Source: Yuukianura sp. NJ FZ-2021 (Eukaryota). Taken from it: a stretch of DNA of 64,000 nucleotides. Positions 48,701 to 61,559 of the stretch are shown here, in pieces. The stretch is taken from assembly GCA_046563655.1 (NCBI GenBank), contig CM102288.1:2046001-2110000 (forward strand), in the 5' to 3' direction. Position 1 is the stretch's first letter, and the number at the start of each line of letters is the position of its first letter. The notes beneath the pieces were generated by a model, which made no database searches, had not been told where the DNA came from, and saw only the letters and a list, made by a program, of their open reading frames with translations. Both the position numbers and the translations under genes were made by a program.

Positions 48701-51700
48701 CTTCAGTGAAAATGAGGTGCCTGCAAAGCGACGGCAGCAAAAGAAGAGAAGTTATTCCAGCTCTCCAGAATCTTCAACAAATCAAGTCAACGGGAAAAAT
48801 ACACGTGATCGATTACCAGAGTTTCCAAAAGGTTTGCGAGATACCTAAATTATTCTCAGTCTGACGTGTAGTATCGTTACTTTAATTTCATTTCTTACAT
48901 TTGTAGATATTGCATGTGAGCTAGACGAATCCTCATTCACCCTGGGAATAGTTGCGGATGAGGCTGAAGTGACGATGACTCAGGGACAAAGTACCGCCAA
49001 CACCAATGTCGGCACACAAAGTTCGGTGTCAGCTGTTGTAGTAAAGCAAAATCAAGGCACAGAAACTGAAGTCATGCCAGGTCCGACCCACTTACTATAA
49101 ATTTAATTCTAAAAGTAGATTTTTCTTGCTTAATATAACCTCGTTTTCTAGTTGCAGTATCCTATCCCCTACCAGTGTCGGACGCTGTTTTCGAAGACAG
49201 AGAAGCTGTACTTGACACTACAAATGGTAAATTACAATACGATAGCAACATAAATCAATAATCACTTCCACATGAAAACCGAAACATAGTGTTATTGGTA
49301 TGTCATTTTTTTGTAGGTATGATAAGCTACCTTCTCAAGAAACTGGAGTCTCAGGATCTTTTGTTACGTCAAATGCATGCAAAAATGGACAAGGTTTGTC
49401 GTCAGTATAAACTTAAGAATTCTGTCTAATTCAAAGTTCAGTAGTCATTTCATCTATACTTCTTCAGTTTACTAAAGTTCGACTTTTTTTAAATACAGCT
49501 GATCAACATCGTGGTGTCACTCAGTACCAAGGATCAATCCGCAGTACATCACGACCGTACTGGACTTCCAACATTTCCTATTGGAGAAATTGAATCCCTT
49601 GAAGCCTTGAACGAAAAGGTTGCTGGCGACATAACAATGAAGGAAAAGCTGGTATGTTTATGCCAATTTGTACAAAACACTTATATTTCGAATGTACAGT
49701 TTCTTTTAGCTAACCAAAATTATTATATATCTAGGTAACATACTTTCAACTGATAGGAGGAATGGATGCTGAAAATGGAATTAGAAGAATGATTGACCAT
49801 TTTCTCACCGTGGAAATTCGTACTAAGCTCACATGGTGCGGCACAGCGCAAAAGAAGGGCTTCAAATTTTATGAATTTCCACGTATTATACTTGGTGAGT
49901 AACGCTTAATAACATAAATACTGTATATTAGAATTTTTTTTACTCAGTTTTTTGTCGTAGATGCTCTTGCGAAGAACAATTTGACGGCGATTGGGGCTAC
50001 AGAAGCTTTAGTACAAAGTGTATGCATGACCAAGTTCAAAAACGCAGCCAATGCAGTAAAAATCAAGGACAAGCGAGGCAACGATCATAGAGATTGAACG
50101 ATGAAGGGGCAAAACTTGGAACCTTAATTTAGTGTAAGCATCACGAAATTAAATAATTCATCTCCATTTCATTAAGGTAAAATGCAATTTATTTTGGAAG
50201 CTCCCCGTTTTCGCTTATCTCAAACAACTTTATTATAATCAATTAGTTTTAGCAGCTCCAACTGTTAGTTTTTACAGCTTTTAGAGAAATAAACTCCTCG
50301 GACTTAAAATTCGCTTTTGAGTGCATTTTTTTGAACTCCCACATGTACACGTCGAGAAGGTGTAACATGTAGCACATTATCAGAACGCTACGGAACCTTG
50401 CCACTAGAGGTCTTTTTCGCTGCTGAAAATGTAGCTACAGTCGCAGTGAAATAGCCACCTTTCTGGCGGACATTTCACTCTGCATTAGCATTCTGATATA
50501 GGGATGTTGTAGAAACCGGGTCTTCTTTTCGACGGCAACACTTTCTCGTGTTGCCGTCTAAGATACATCTTTTAGCAATGCTGTGGTTTATTGGGTATGC
50601 CACAAAACAAAGGGAATGCTGCCAATACTTTTGTGTTTCTTTGTTACAACAGGAGAAAGTCATTAGTGTAGAAAGTTGTCAATGTTCTTACCTGTCATCC
50701 AGAATAGATTCTCCAAAGAACGAACCCATACCCAAACTCCGAGAAACCGCATTCATGTCCTACAAAAGCAAACAAAATTACACTTGAAGACTTTATCTAA
50801 AATTCATACAAATTGAATCTCACAATTTCCTATTCATTTGACATATCCGGAAAAGCAATGTGTCATCAAAAAGACAAATCTTGCTTTGTCAAAAGACAAA
50901 CAAAATTACACAGTACAAAGAGGAGCCGAATGTTCATAAAATTGGTTCGTCTCGACTAGTTTTGTTGTTTGTTTTACACAATCAGTTGCATAGTTTTGAT
51001 TTGAGTAAACTTTCATTTCCATTTGCCAAAATTTAACATTTTGGTTCACATAATTTCCCAAAAATTCAAGAAATTCACTAAATCGTATGCCAATAAAAAC
51101 TAATTACAGTTAGATTAATTTCCAAAAATGCAATCAAAACTTAATTTATTTCTCATACCTCCACAATTCCTGTTTTGGAGACGTGGACATCCAGAGTTCC
51201 AATAAGCACAGCATACCAACTGGTTCCTTTGTCGCCTTGCCGGTACACTACATTTATTAAGAAGTAATTGAGGATGAGCTTTTGTTACAGATTTATATAA
51301 AATATTAATATATTAATAAAATATATTATATTTATATCTAATAGAAGCCAGAAGATGAAAAGGAACAAAGATTAGACTCCCACAACCACATTCCAAGTTC
51401 CACTTTCTATTTTCCATCAATCATAACAAGATCCAGTCGTGCAGCAGGAGTTCCTAGCATTCATAGCCTTTTGGAGTAGTCAATAGAGAAGCTTTCACTT
51501 TTACTTTCTCTTTGTGGTGCAGAAAGTACTTGGTGGTTAGGGTATGCTGGGAAGTTAGGTTAAAGCTTTGTTGGCGTTAGGTTTTCCATTTCAAAGGAAA
51601 AAGTGAAAGTCATGAGGATTCGACTGTAGAAATAAGAAGATCGAAATCTGAATTTTTAATTTAATATCCTGCTGCTCCTCCTCGTTTTCCAAAAACGATA

Positions 51701-53506
51701 TTTCAAAGGAAATCAATTGAATCTTCCCTCTCCATTGGGAATCCAATTAAGGGGACTCTTCCTCTTCCTAGTGCCTAACCTGAATTCTAGTTTAGACCAA
51801 CCACAGAGCTAGAAGCAGAAGAGAGGCTAGTACTTTCTCTCTCGAAAGTTCCTTCCGGTCCAATCTATCTTCCTTTACCTTTAGTTAGGCTACTTAGTCG
51901 AAAATGTTATGTTAGGCTACAAAACTAGGTTATGCCATGGCCATTTCTAGTAAAGAAACACCATTTCCTTTCCATTTCGAATATGACTTGATCTCACTCC
52001 AACCAAATGTCACCGAGCATGCGTCCTAGCACAAGTATCCTGTGCCCCGCTACTTTCTCCTTCCACTTTCACCTACAAAAGCCTCTTTTCCTACCTTCAT
52101 TTTCATTTTTGTAAACAGAAATGGAAAAGTCCTCCACTCTCAAAAAAGATCAAAAAACCACGATTGGTTTTGTTTTTTCAAAAGCCTTTTTTCAAAATTT
52201 TCTGAAGAACTTTTGCACAAAGCTCTTTTTGTGCCTGCCGAGCAGAGCAAAAATTTAAAATGTGAAAGGGAGGAAATATTGTAAAGAGGTTATTGGATTT
52301 GGGGTGACCTTTGACCTAGCCAATTAATTAGTTGTGAATTACTTTGCAAGGAAGAAGTTTTTGAAATGAAACTTACATGTGACGCCTGAATCCAGAGTTT
52401 CTAGGTAAGCACAAGCCGCAAGTTGGTGAAGCAGTTGTGGCGGTACGCCAGTTAACGCAGCCAAATGTCGCAAGTGAGAAACAATCACAGCAATGTCGCC
52501 CATTGTCCGGTCACTGGGCCTGGAAATTAAAAAAAAATACAAAAAATCTTTCCAATTTTAAAAAAAAACGTTCAATGAATTACTGCGAACGAACTAGTAA
52601 AAAAATATAATAAAAGCACATCTACAAGACACAGGAATTTTGAACTGGCATTTCCTCGTAACATCATAAGAATTGTATAACTTTAACCAAATCCACAGCA
52701 GATTGCATAACATAAATTCAATTTTTTGTAAAGTTAGGACCTCAGTTACTATGCACAGGAGTTTCCTTGCGTAACCTGATTCAAAAAACATAATTTTCTT
52801 ATTTAAAAAAAATCCGGGTAACCCCGGATCCTGTTCAACTCTTAGGAACGGATGAGGCACCGTGGAAATTCCAAATTGCAAAGATGAAGGAAGAAAAGAG
52901 AGAGAGAAAGTTGAACGCAACAAGTAAAAAGAAAGTTCACTTTCTTCTTCCCGCCTTCCGCTGGTGCTGCTGCTGGATTAATCGATATCCTCCTTTTGCC
53001 CAAGCTTAAGCACCAGACATGATGCTGGCAGTCGTAAGTCCTCAGAGGACTTTGCCAACTCAAGGGCCCACCAGTTTCCTTGTTGTGTCGAATTAGTCAA
53101 ATTCTAAACACAACACAGCAAAAAGTTTCAAACTTTCCCCTGAAAAAGGGAGAGCTTGATTGATGATGACCTTTGTGTTGTTCTAACTCCCAGAAGATTC
53201 AGCAAAATCCACCATTTCCTACTCCTAGACTGACTTGATCCACTTCACTTGACTTTCACTTCAACTTACTTCCAAACTTTCTTTTTCCCACCAGAGTACC
53301 AATCAACTTTAGTCAAACTTCCAACAAACATGCCACAAAACTAAAGTTTTAGCAACAATTCGCTACTTTTCCCAAAATTGAATTTTGAAACTCCAAAATT
53401 CTTTGTGTTTTGTTTCAGTTGGTCAAGTTACGCTAAAAGTTAGTTTTTAAATTGTATTTGGATCTTACCTTTTGTCTATGCTGGAATTCCAGAGTTCCTG
53501 AGTCAT
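30731..53506 (-). CDS. Epac: Epac / Rap guanine nucleotide exchange factor 4-like (CNB-A, DEP, CNB-B, REM, RA, CDC25), ~18 exons
   Basis: First exon [13 protein letters not shown] (53506); [94 protein letters not shown]25 [14 protein letters not shown]...[10 protein letters not shown]; ends HEPKRV*. Confidence 0.95.
35042..36024 (-). other. Probable U12-type (minor spliceosome) AT-AC intron of Epac
   Basis: 5' end CA|ATATCC at 36024. Consensus U12 branch site TTTCCTTAAC at 35070-35061. In-frame AC acceptors at 35048 and 35042 restore ...ELTRH-(HT)CRIESS...KRRVVQFV. Confidence 0.75.
42490..42695. repeat. Degenerate AC-rich tandem repeat (core acatacaatttgtaacat) in Epac intron
   Basis: Core recurs about 5 times at roughly 32-55 bp spacing. 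Confidence 0.75.
46340..48367 (+). CDS. CMC/EnSpm-type DDE transposase (single exon)
   Basis: [19 protein letters not shown]...[47 protein letters not shown]. Uninterrupted ORF; first ATG at 46340. Confidence 0.9.
   Translation: MNVNGRMKLYTPRHIRRKALQSARRMSGQIRRVRLFPNPDVPIGLTGIEQGSATVSSDVHEEINGRISSVSSGSDNDDRDLADSSEVPRSSKVETISESLRNWALRNNVTHSALTDLLRVLSEFNVSDTLPRDARTLLQTPRSVVVRDMPPGTYCHFGLRARIESLLLKYQEVANTCPPSLLHLQFNIDGLPLFKSSSEQVWPILCHICELTFPPFVIGIFCGSGKPESVELYLEEFVNELFELTQCGIQTDTLHHDVCIKSFVCDAPARAYILGIKSHSGYSSCGKCWISGDYVRNRVVFSGVNFKLRTNEEFRNHVDEDHHLKHSPLEVLTSLDLVKAVPYEFMHLVCLGVMRKLILLWLRGNVTDFRLASGSVDIISKNLLALASQTCVEFNRKPRSLREVDRWKATEFRHFLLYSGLIVTKSVLPPEHYDLLCVLSVAIRILATKSLCMKLNSYSNSLLLHFIKKFEKLYGRHNMSYNVHGLQHLAEDVRNHGALDSFSAFKFENFLGVLKKFVKCPKTPIKQLHNRLTEHFNSEPLQICKTNNPELHQQHYLGPVPTGFKCDQFKSLSLNQFTLKRKVPDCFCEVKSGSIIQVKNICRSSETNLVYVFGLEFQSKSSVFRHPCDSKLLDIFKLSNLSEELKLWEISSIIQKHQVYKLNNETFAFPLVHSQ
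48367..50097 (+). CDS. Transposon accessory protein with C-terminal DUF4806-like domain, 8 exons
   Basis: In-frame GT-AG exons ~48367-48580, 48649-48831, 48907-49080, 49152-49226, 49317-49393, 49499-49651, 49735-49894, 49961-50097. N-terminal VAPSSWL...CFWPP; C-terminal FPI...LIGG...IRRMI...[12 protein letters not shown]. Confidence 0.8.
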
Positions 53507-54598
53507 TCTGGAGTGAGTCTGCTTGGCTTTTGTGCTGGAAGGTTTCAAGTGGAACTGGAACTAGAGAACAACTTGATTCTGTGCCACTGATTTGTTGAGT
53601 CTGGCTCAGAATTCATGATTTCCTTCTGACTTTCACTTGGCTACACCATTTTCTTAGAATCTGTATACCACAAGGAGGAACTTCCTTCAAGATGCTTTCA
53701 CTTTCACTTTCAAGGGTTTCAGCCAAAATTGGCCAGTTTCACAAAATTGCAATTTTGAAAAAAAGTTTTATCCAGAAACCTACAAAGTCAAGTGTAGCAA
53801 TAAAATTTCAAATCATGGTGAAATGTTTAGTAAAAGTGGAACTTAGGTTGAAGTTAGAGTAAAGAATGTGCTTTCACATTAGGTTTAGGAGCAAGTACTT
53901 GTTAAAGTTTGGATTTTGGACCAAGTACTGCTTGGTAGGAGACTTGGAAGGAGACTGGAAGGGACTTGGAGACTGAAGAGTTCCTTTTTAGTAGAGAAAG
54001 TAAGGAGAAAGATTTCATGCGTGGCGGTGTTCCAGGCAGGAGTCAACTCCAGCCGTTTTCGGTTTGAAATACTAGTAAAAACCTTGTTCTCTCCGGTGTC
54101 TATTGCACCAAGAGTTTTGCATTTTACCTGTTAGATGTTTCCACGTTCAGTAGTAGGAGGTTTCTGGTCATGGTCCGAGAAGAGTCAATACTCGTCAAAA
54201 AGCTTCCTCGTTATGGGCTATAACTTCGTTAATAGGCAAATGAACACTTCCTCTGTATAATTCATGCTTTCCTGGACTCGATAACTACACGGCCGCGACA
54301 CGATGAGAACACGACAGTTCCACTTTCTCCAGCGTCACTACTTTAAAAAAAATTGGAAAAATTTTAAAAACGAAAAATACAAGGAGAAAAAAGTGAAAGC
54401 AGAGCGGAAGAGAGCAAAGCTTTTCTTTTTTGAAAGAAGGCCAAAGTTCAGTTTTGCTTGATCGCCAGTGACAGAATTCGGTAAACTTGAGCGGTCTTTA
54501 CTAAGCACTTAAGCATTCTGTTGGATTAGGATGTGAAAGATAAACTAATTGCGGTTAGGTTTGAGTGAAAGAAGGCAATTGAACAAGAAGCGAAGAAT

Positions 54599-56283
54599 TT
54601 AGAATGTTGCAACTTCTACACAACTGTCGGAGCCTTTGACCTTGGTAAGGGCCTTGAAGAGCAGATCAGTCTTGGGTTCGCTTGGTTGTTGCTCCACGGT
54701 GGCCGTCGAAGCTTCTTCAGCAGCTTTACTCTTTTTCCGGATCTTGTCCAATTGCATCTGCAGATCCGTTTGGGTGACGACGAATGGATGTGGACGGCCA
54801 GGGACACAGAAAGCTGAAGCTGGAAGGCCCTTCGGCGCTCCCTCAATCTTTAGATGACAAGCGGAATGTAGAGGTGGGTACTCACCGACTTTGTGACCTT
54901 GACCTTGACCTGATCCATTTTCATTCGGCTTGACTTCTTCCTCTTCCTGGTCACCTCTGGTCTTGGTTTCCCAGTCTTTCCGCAGATCTTTGAAAACGAT
55001 CGGTGGTACGTGGTAATTTGGATCTTGGCTGTGCAGAATCATGTTCTTCCAGCCTGGCGGACCTTCGAATTCGGGTTCAGCGGGAGGATCTGGTCGACGT
55101 GTGCCGTATTTCTGGATCTCCCGCCGGTATTCTTTGTAGAGTCGTTCCTCGTTAGCCTTGACTTGGACTTCGCTGGCCTGGAATAAGGAAAAGGTAAAGG
55201 AAATGTTCGCTGTAATGCAAAGCTTATTATGGAGTTGCGTTGTTACCATTTCTTCAAAGAATGAACGCGAATGATCCATTGGAAACGAGGTATGGATAAC
55301 TCGACTCTTTCGAGGTCGAAGGTCACGCTCATGCCATACTTCATAGTGTTGCGGATTGCTCTGAACAGTCTGTGGCCTGCGGTGATCTGGATGTGGAAGG
55401 TCGTGTTTTGGCCACACGTCAGCCGTGCTGTCCTTTTCAGTGCTGCTATGCCGCATGCGTGTAAGAATTCTCTTAAATTCATCCGAAGTGATTGGAATTT
55501 CATGGTCAGTTGTAATTCCACAGTGAGCAACCAAGTACATGACCTGAAAGTTTAGCAAATAGTTGTAGTTATGTCTCACCGATCAATCGTAAGTAACTAA
55601 ACTACTAATACTGGTAGACGGTAGACCAAAATAGCTTGTATACAGTCACTATCACCTGATCAAAGGAAATGTAGCGCTGACTATTGGAGTCAATGGCCTT
55701 CAACAGCTTCCGGGCATCCAAATGCGTAATGGGTGCTCCACGCATTGACATGAACTGCTTGAAGCCTTCGCAGTCCAGCCATCCTGTCCCGTCTTCGTCA
55801 GCACTGTCATTACAACAAAACATTTATCACACTCACAGCGCAGCCTCAATGACAACTTAATCGTAGGCACGGAAGTCCATTGCATTACACTTACGCTTGA
55901 AAGCACCGTTGGATATCCTTTAGTTCAGCTGAATCCACGATCGGGTATCCAGGAGTGTCGTCGTGTTTCCGGTATTGGTCAGCTTCATTTCCAGGTTTTC
56001 TAACGGCAATCCATCGCTCGAAGTTCGTTGGTCGGTTGGGAAGATTCTGACCATTTGTCATACCTGAACCTGACCCTTTGACACTGCCAGATCCTTTGTT
56101 GTTGTTAGCAGTAAGGTAATGGTAGAATCCAGCGTAACCAAGGGCTCCCTTCGAATATGGCGACGAAATACGTGGTTCAAGTAGTCCAGAGTCTATGGAA
56201 TTCAGTCGTTCGATCCTGGAACTCCACTCCCGTAACGTTCGTTGTTCCGTTTCATCAATTCGTTTGCTGTTACTTCCGGACAT
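54599..56283 (-). CDS. EF-hand-containing protein of unknown function, 4 exons
   Basis: ELKDIQRCFQA-ADEDGTGWLDCEGF (canonical EF loop) and a second degenerate hand, IDSNSQRYISFDQ. GT-AG junctions in frame. Confidence 0.7.
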
Positions 56284-57859
56284 TTTGAAAATGGCGCGTG
56301 ACGGTTCCTTTTGTTCTTTGTCTCCAACAATCAACTTAACCAAAAGCTACACACAGAATTTGGACGCCCACGTAGACGTTGTTGGGCAAAACGTTTACCG
56401 GCCACCGCAGCAGCAAATGTAACGATTTTTTTAAACGTTGTTATTACCCCCGAATTTGTTTGTTGTTCAATAACAACTTTAATCAAACCAATGGAAACCA
56501 CTTTTTTTTTATACAGTAAATCCAAGTCAATTATTATGAAACTATTCCGCGAATAATTCCATTAACATTCCAGTTGTAAGGAAATGGGTGAGGCGGATGG
56601 TACCCAATTACTACGTAATTCTTACGATTGCACATCGACATCTGAATAGAAATGCAGTACTCATGGACAGCTTAAATAAATAGGCTGAGGTTCACTACTA
56701 ATAAACGGTGAGACGTTAAAGTTTAATTGAGATATCTGAAGTTAAAATTAAATTTAAAAACTCTCTATATCTGTTGCCCGTAAGTGCCATTATTGGATGC
56801 GGTTGTATGTTGTGGAGTGTGTTTTAGATGAGATTTCAGAGACGCCGACCGAACGACGCCACAAATTTCTCAAAAGTTTTTGCACACACAAGAGGGGAAG
56901 CCGAACTTGAAGTAAGCCCAAGGCACATTCATTGTCTCCATAATTAACTACGAGAGCATATTGTTAGGAATTAATTAAAAATAAGTACTAACATATATAA
57001 CACTACTTCAACGAAGGAAAAAATGCATTACGTCGAAATTTCTAAACTCTTTGAATTTTGCAAAATTCTAATAGAACCTCAGAAAGTAAGAATAAGGGTT
57101 TTTTTTTTGTCAAAATTCTAATAACTTCCAAAAGTCGGCTGAATTTTCGACAATTCAAATACGCTTTCACTGGTGATTTTTTCACAATTATTCAGATACT
57201 TCCGAAAGTTAGAATACATGTGAATTTTTCAGAATTCAAATTACGTCGAAAAGTTAAAGTACGTAAGTGCATTTTTTTTTTACAATTTAATACGTCCAAC
57301 CCAAAAGTTATACAAGTAAATTTTCAGCAATTCTCAAATACGTCCAACGCTTGGAGTACGGGTGAATTATTCAATTACTAAATTAAATTCAATGTACTAC
57401 TGTTTACATGTGCACAATTAGTCAACCGCAACGGTTTGTCAACCAGAGACGAAGGTTTTGGTGTTGTGAATTTTTTTTTAGGAATCGGGACAAGGCAAGG
57501 CGAGAACCCAGCAGCCATTGCTTTGCTTCTTCCCGTACACATAAAATACACAAGGAGCTTCTGTGTTCTGTAGTTAATTAGTGGTTAGTCTACACATTGT
57601 TTAGTTTCATTCAACGAAACTGAAAGAAGAAACCGACAGGGAGACTAGAGTTGAGTCAAACTGTTAAACTTAATTTCCATTTCAGAAATCAAAGACAGAC
57701 AAGACCATAAGGAGTAAGGAGGTTTACCGGTAACGTTAAAGTTAAAGCGACATAATTTCCAGTAGAGTACGTGTCTTTCTAACGATAGGAACAGCTGATT
57801 TCACTGTTCTAACATTTTTCTGTTGTTTGCAGGTTTACCAGGTTTTTTGGAACACAACA

Positions 57860-58859
57860 ATGATGAACGGAAGTCCTCGCGGTCGTGACCGCTCACGGAG
57901 CTTAAGTCCTCGTCCTCGTCGATCCTACACACGATCCAGAAGTCGTTCAAGGGGAAGAAGAACTGGCGGCGGAGGAGGAGGTGGAGGATATCGGGGATCC
58001 CGCGGGTACCGTTCTCGATCACGATCCAGGTCAATGTCGTTCTACCTGCCGCTTCTGCCGGAGCAGTTCGTCATGGTAGAGAGAAAGATGTTTCTGACGA
58101 TTGTTTTTTGAATTGATTGTTTTAGGGGAGGCGGTCGTAGCCACTCGCGGAGTCCCATGTCATCTCGTCGCCGTCATACGGGACAGAGGGTTAGTCCTTC
58201 CCCTCAGCATGGAGGAGGGGGTCGTAGGCCATATTCAAGAAACGACTCATCAAGAAATTCACGTGTGTTGCAGGAGAATCCAGGACCTAATAAATGTTTG
58301 GGTGTTTTTGGCTTGAGTTTACGTACGACGGAGCGTGACTTGCGAGAAGTATTTTCTCGCTACGGACCCATTGACGAATGTACTGTTGTTATTGATGCTC
58401 AGGTAATGGACGAATAGTAATTATTGCTCAAATTTTGTATGTTTCACTTTTAATGATTGATCACAATTTCTTTTGCTTTACAGACTGGACGCTCTCGTGG
58501 ATTTTCCTTCATTTACTTTGAAAGCATTGACGACGCAAAAGCAGCCAAGGAAAGTTGTAATGGAATTGAAATTGATGGCAGACGAATCCGGGTTGACTTT
58601 TCAATTACGCAGCGAGCTCATACTCCCACGCCTGGAATTTACATGGGAAAGCCGTAAGTTCATCTCGTAACCACAACCTGTCTATTATCTTCTCCATCTT
58701 CTTAGCAATTTCATATTTTGTTTTTCAGAATGGATCGAAAGTATCGTGGATCCGGTGGAGGTCGTCGGGATGATTACAGAGATCGCGGATATCGTCGCTC
58801 ACCTTCGCCATATCGTGGGAGCCGACGTCGCTATACACGATCGCGTTCATATTCCCCAC
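57860..58859 (+). CDS. tra2: Transformer-2 SR-like splicing regulator (final coding exon not resolved)
   Basis: RS1 domain; [10 protein letters not shown]...[14 protein letters not shown]...[12 protein letters not shown]...[25 protein letters not shown]2 YRRSPSPY...RSRSYSP. Confidence 0.95.
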
Positions 58860-60285
58860 GTAAGTAAAACTGTATGCCCTTCAGATTCTTCAGAATCCCA
58901 CTTCCTCACCAACTTTATTCAGGGCTCAGAGCTATCTGTTTGTTTAGCTAAAAGCGGGAAAAGAATTCTTTACAGTCTAAAATTTCATAAAAACTGAAAT
59001 CTAGCTTCAATTAATACTTTAAAAATCAAATTTAATATATTTATAAGTATGTCATCTCTCCCCTCTACTCCAAATATCCTTTCTATACAATTAGTCTAAT
59101 GGGTTTGGGTTTTCGGCTGTTATAATTTTTATCTAGAAATAAAATTGTGTAAAAATCCCCCTTTCCCTGTTGACTTAAAATTAACTTCCGTTTGAATGTT
59201 GGTTTGAATGTTTGAAAACTTAAAAGCAAGGTTTTAACTAATGTTTGTTCTTTTAACTCTTCTAAAGGCCTCAAGGGCGCTTCACAGCGAACAGAAAACG
59301 GAAATAAGAGAACCGCTGTGCAATGAAACTTTGAAGATAGAATTTAAACCCCGAACTCTTTCAAAAGAAAACGAATGAATTAGAAAATCTCTTCGACAAC
59401 TGCGAAAATTTCAAAAAACGAAAATGGCCCCAGTTTGCTAGAAATATTCAAAATGGTCACTGAATTGGAAGGGATGGAAAAGGCGCAAGGTTTTTATTGG
59501 ATTTTGCAAATTGAGAATTTCAAGTTTTCAAAATTTCAAGTTTTGGAAGAGAAGAAACGAAAGAAGACGCGAATTAAGTATTTTTTAACTTATATTTTTT
59601 TAACGACAACGTGCGTATTAGGAATCTCATGCTCAAGTCGAACAAATCAAGTCACTCCACTCTACGTCAGTCATATCGTCGTCAAACTTCGTTTTCAAAA
59701 TTTCTTCCAAAATTTCAAAAATGGAGAAGATTCTGAAAATGACGAAACTACAATGGTAACGGTATGACATTATCCTGAAATACTTCTTTTAACTTTTTGT
59801 TTTCGTCCAAACGATAACTTTCCAAAGTTTTTATGTTAAAAAATTTTATTTTGTTTTTAAAAAAGTATAAATTATTTTTTCAATATAAGTTTTTCTTTTT
59901 ATGCCTTTGTATGCCCCTTTTCATTTTTTGTTTGAGTCTCCTCAGGTTTTTTGAAATTGAAAATTGAACAGAACAAGTAATGGATGATTGGGAAGTCAAG
60001 TGTCAAGGATTTCAAAATTTCAGACATCAGAAAACTGAAAAAGTGAATTGAAAATTGAATGTGTGAATAATGACGCAGAGTGCAAGAATTTTGAAGCGTT
60101 AAGAACAATTTCAGCTCACGAATTACGAAAGCCGAGGAGAAATCGTATTTTCGAAATGAAATTGCTCAAATACATAGTGAGGAAACGAATCTTTCAGGTA
60201 AGTAAGTACTAAAAAATTATATATTTTTTGAAAACTATTTTTGAAAATAAAAGTTGACTTTTCTAAAATTCTAAAAAACATTCAT

Positions 60286-61559
60286 TTACCACCATTTTTC
60301 GTAAGCAATGTTGGTTAGCTTGAGTTGCTTGGCGATTTGTTCCATGTCGTGGATCATTGGTGGAGGGCCGCATATGTAGAGTTTGATGTTGTCCAATGTT
60401 GCTCCAGTGATGTTGGACAGGATGTACTTGGCAGCATTATTTATGTGGCCTATGTCGATTCTACCATGAAACGTTTTGACGTTATCAACGATTGCTGTAG
60501 GGTCAGCAGTGAGAAAATACTTGCACAAGAGTGTTGATTTTGGAGCTGCCGAAAGGTCGTCGAATTCATTCTGAAAAGTTAAAGTAAATAGTACTAATAA
60601 TAATAGCTTTTGGAATTCAGAATTTTGGATTTAAGAAAATTGAATTTATGTTACACGAAAGATTAATTCTTGATGATTTTTGGCAGAGTAGAGCAAGACA
60701 GTTGGAATCTTCGGAGGAGCGGACAATTTCCTTGGACCGTGGACGTAATTAATAATCGACGACAAAGGATTAATTCCAACACCACCGGCAAGTAGAATGA
60801 GTGCCTTCGTTCTACCACGGTCCTCCGATACATCAAAGTAAAAGTCACCACCGATACGAATTGAAAGGGTGTCACCAACTTGGCACTAATACGGTTACAT
60901 CGCACAATTTAATTAATTAGCAATGTAAACATTGTTTTAGTCATGTTTTGTTGTTACCTTTGTGTGTATCCAGAATGCTGGCTGAACTTCGGAGTATTGG
61001 ATGGCGAGATCCAAAGATCCAGTTTCCCGGAGTTTCTGAGGACTGGAAGTAATCGTGAATCCACCAATTTTTGGAATGCCTGGAACGAAGAGGTCAACCC
61101 TAAAAAATTCATTGTTGTCATTTACAATCATCAATCAATCAAGCATAATGAAAACTGCGGAAGTTTCCATCATTCATAAAAAGATGTTGGATTCCATGTG
61201 TAATCTATTAATCTATTTCCGACACGTCGCGTGCTAAATTAGAGGCAAGTTTCACTAATTTCCCGCAGTATCCATACCTGATTTGGTTGTTTAAAAATTA
61301 TTTGAACAAACTTAGAAAAAGATCATTGAACTCACCATTGTCCGGCTTTGAACGTAGATGGAGCGGATACGGCGGCGGGTACTGCATTAGGAGCCGCCGC
61401 AATTGTCAACACAATTTTCTTGACAGTAGGAGAAAGATCCGTAATTTTGGAAACCGTGACTTCATGAATAGATTCATCCCTTGGTTTGTCGCTTGTCCTT
61501 TCGAAGTGACCTTTGGTGACCTTTCCACCGGAGTCATCAGTAGCACCCATGTCACTCAT
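60286..61559 (-). CDS. OXNAD1: Oxidoreductase NAD-binding domain-containing protein 1 (FNR-like), 4 exons
   Basis: HFERT..., [44 protein letters not shown], C-terminal YEKWW. Confidence 0.9.

Larger units (their letters stand above)
45464..50595 (+). mobile_element. Apparently intact CACTA/EnSpm (CMC superfamily) DNA transposon, 5.1 kb, antisense within an Epac intron
   Basis: Termini cccaataaacca (45464-45475) and tggtttattggg (50584-50595), both flanked by TA. CCCAA fits the CMC terminal consensus. Subterminal GTAGC/GCTAC repeats and two intact genes inside. Confidence 0.85.

Noticed and set aside
57020..57370. Degenerate repeats (tacgtc..., aaaattctaata) upstream of tra2
   Set aside because: Could not define terminal repeats, TSD or a consistent period.
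58860..59770. Alternative terminal exons of tra2
   Set aside because: Several possible acceptors (~58922, ~59267, ~59621) and none can be chosen from sequence alone.
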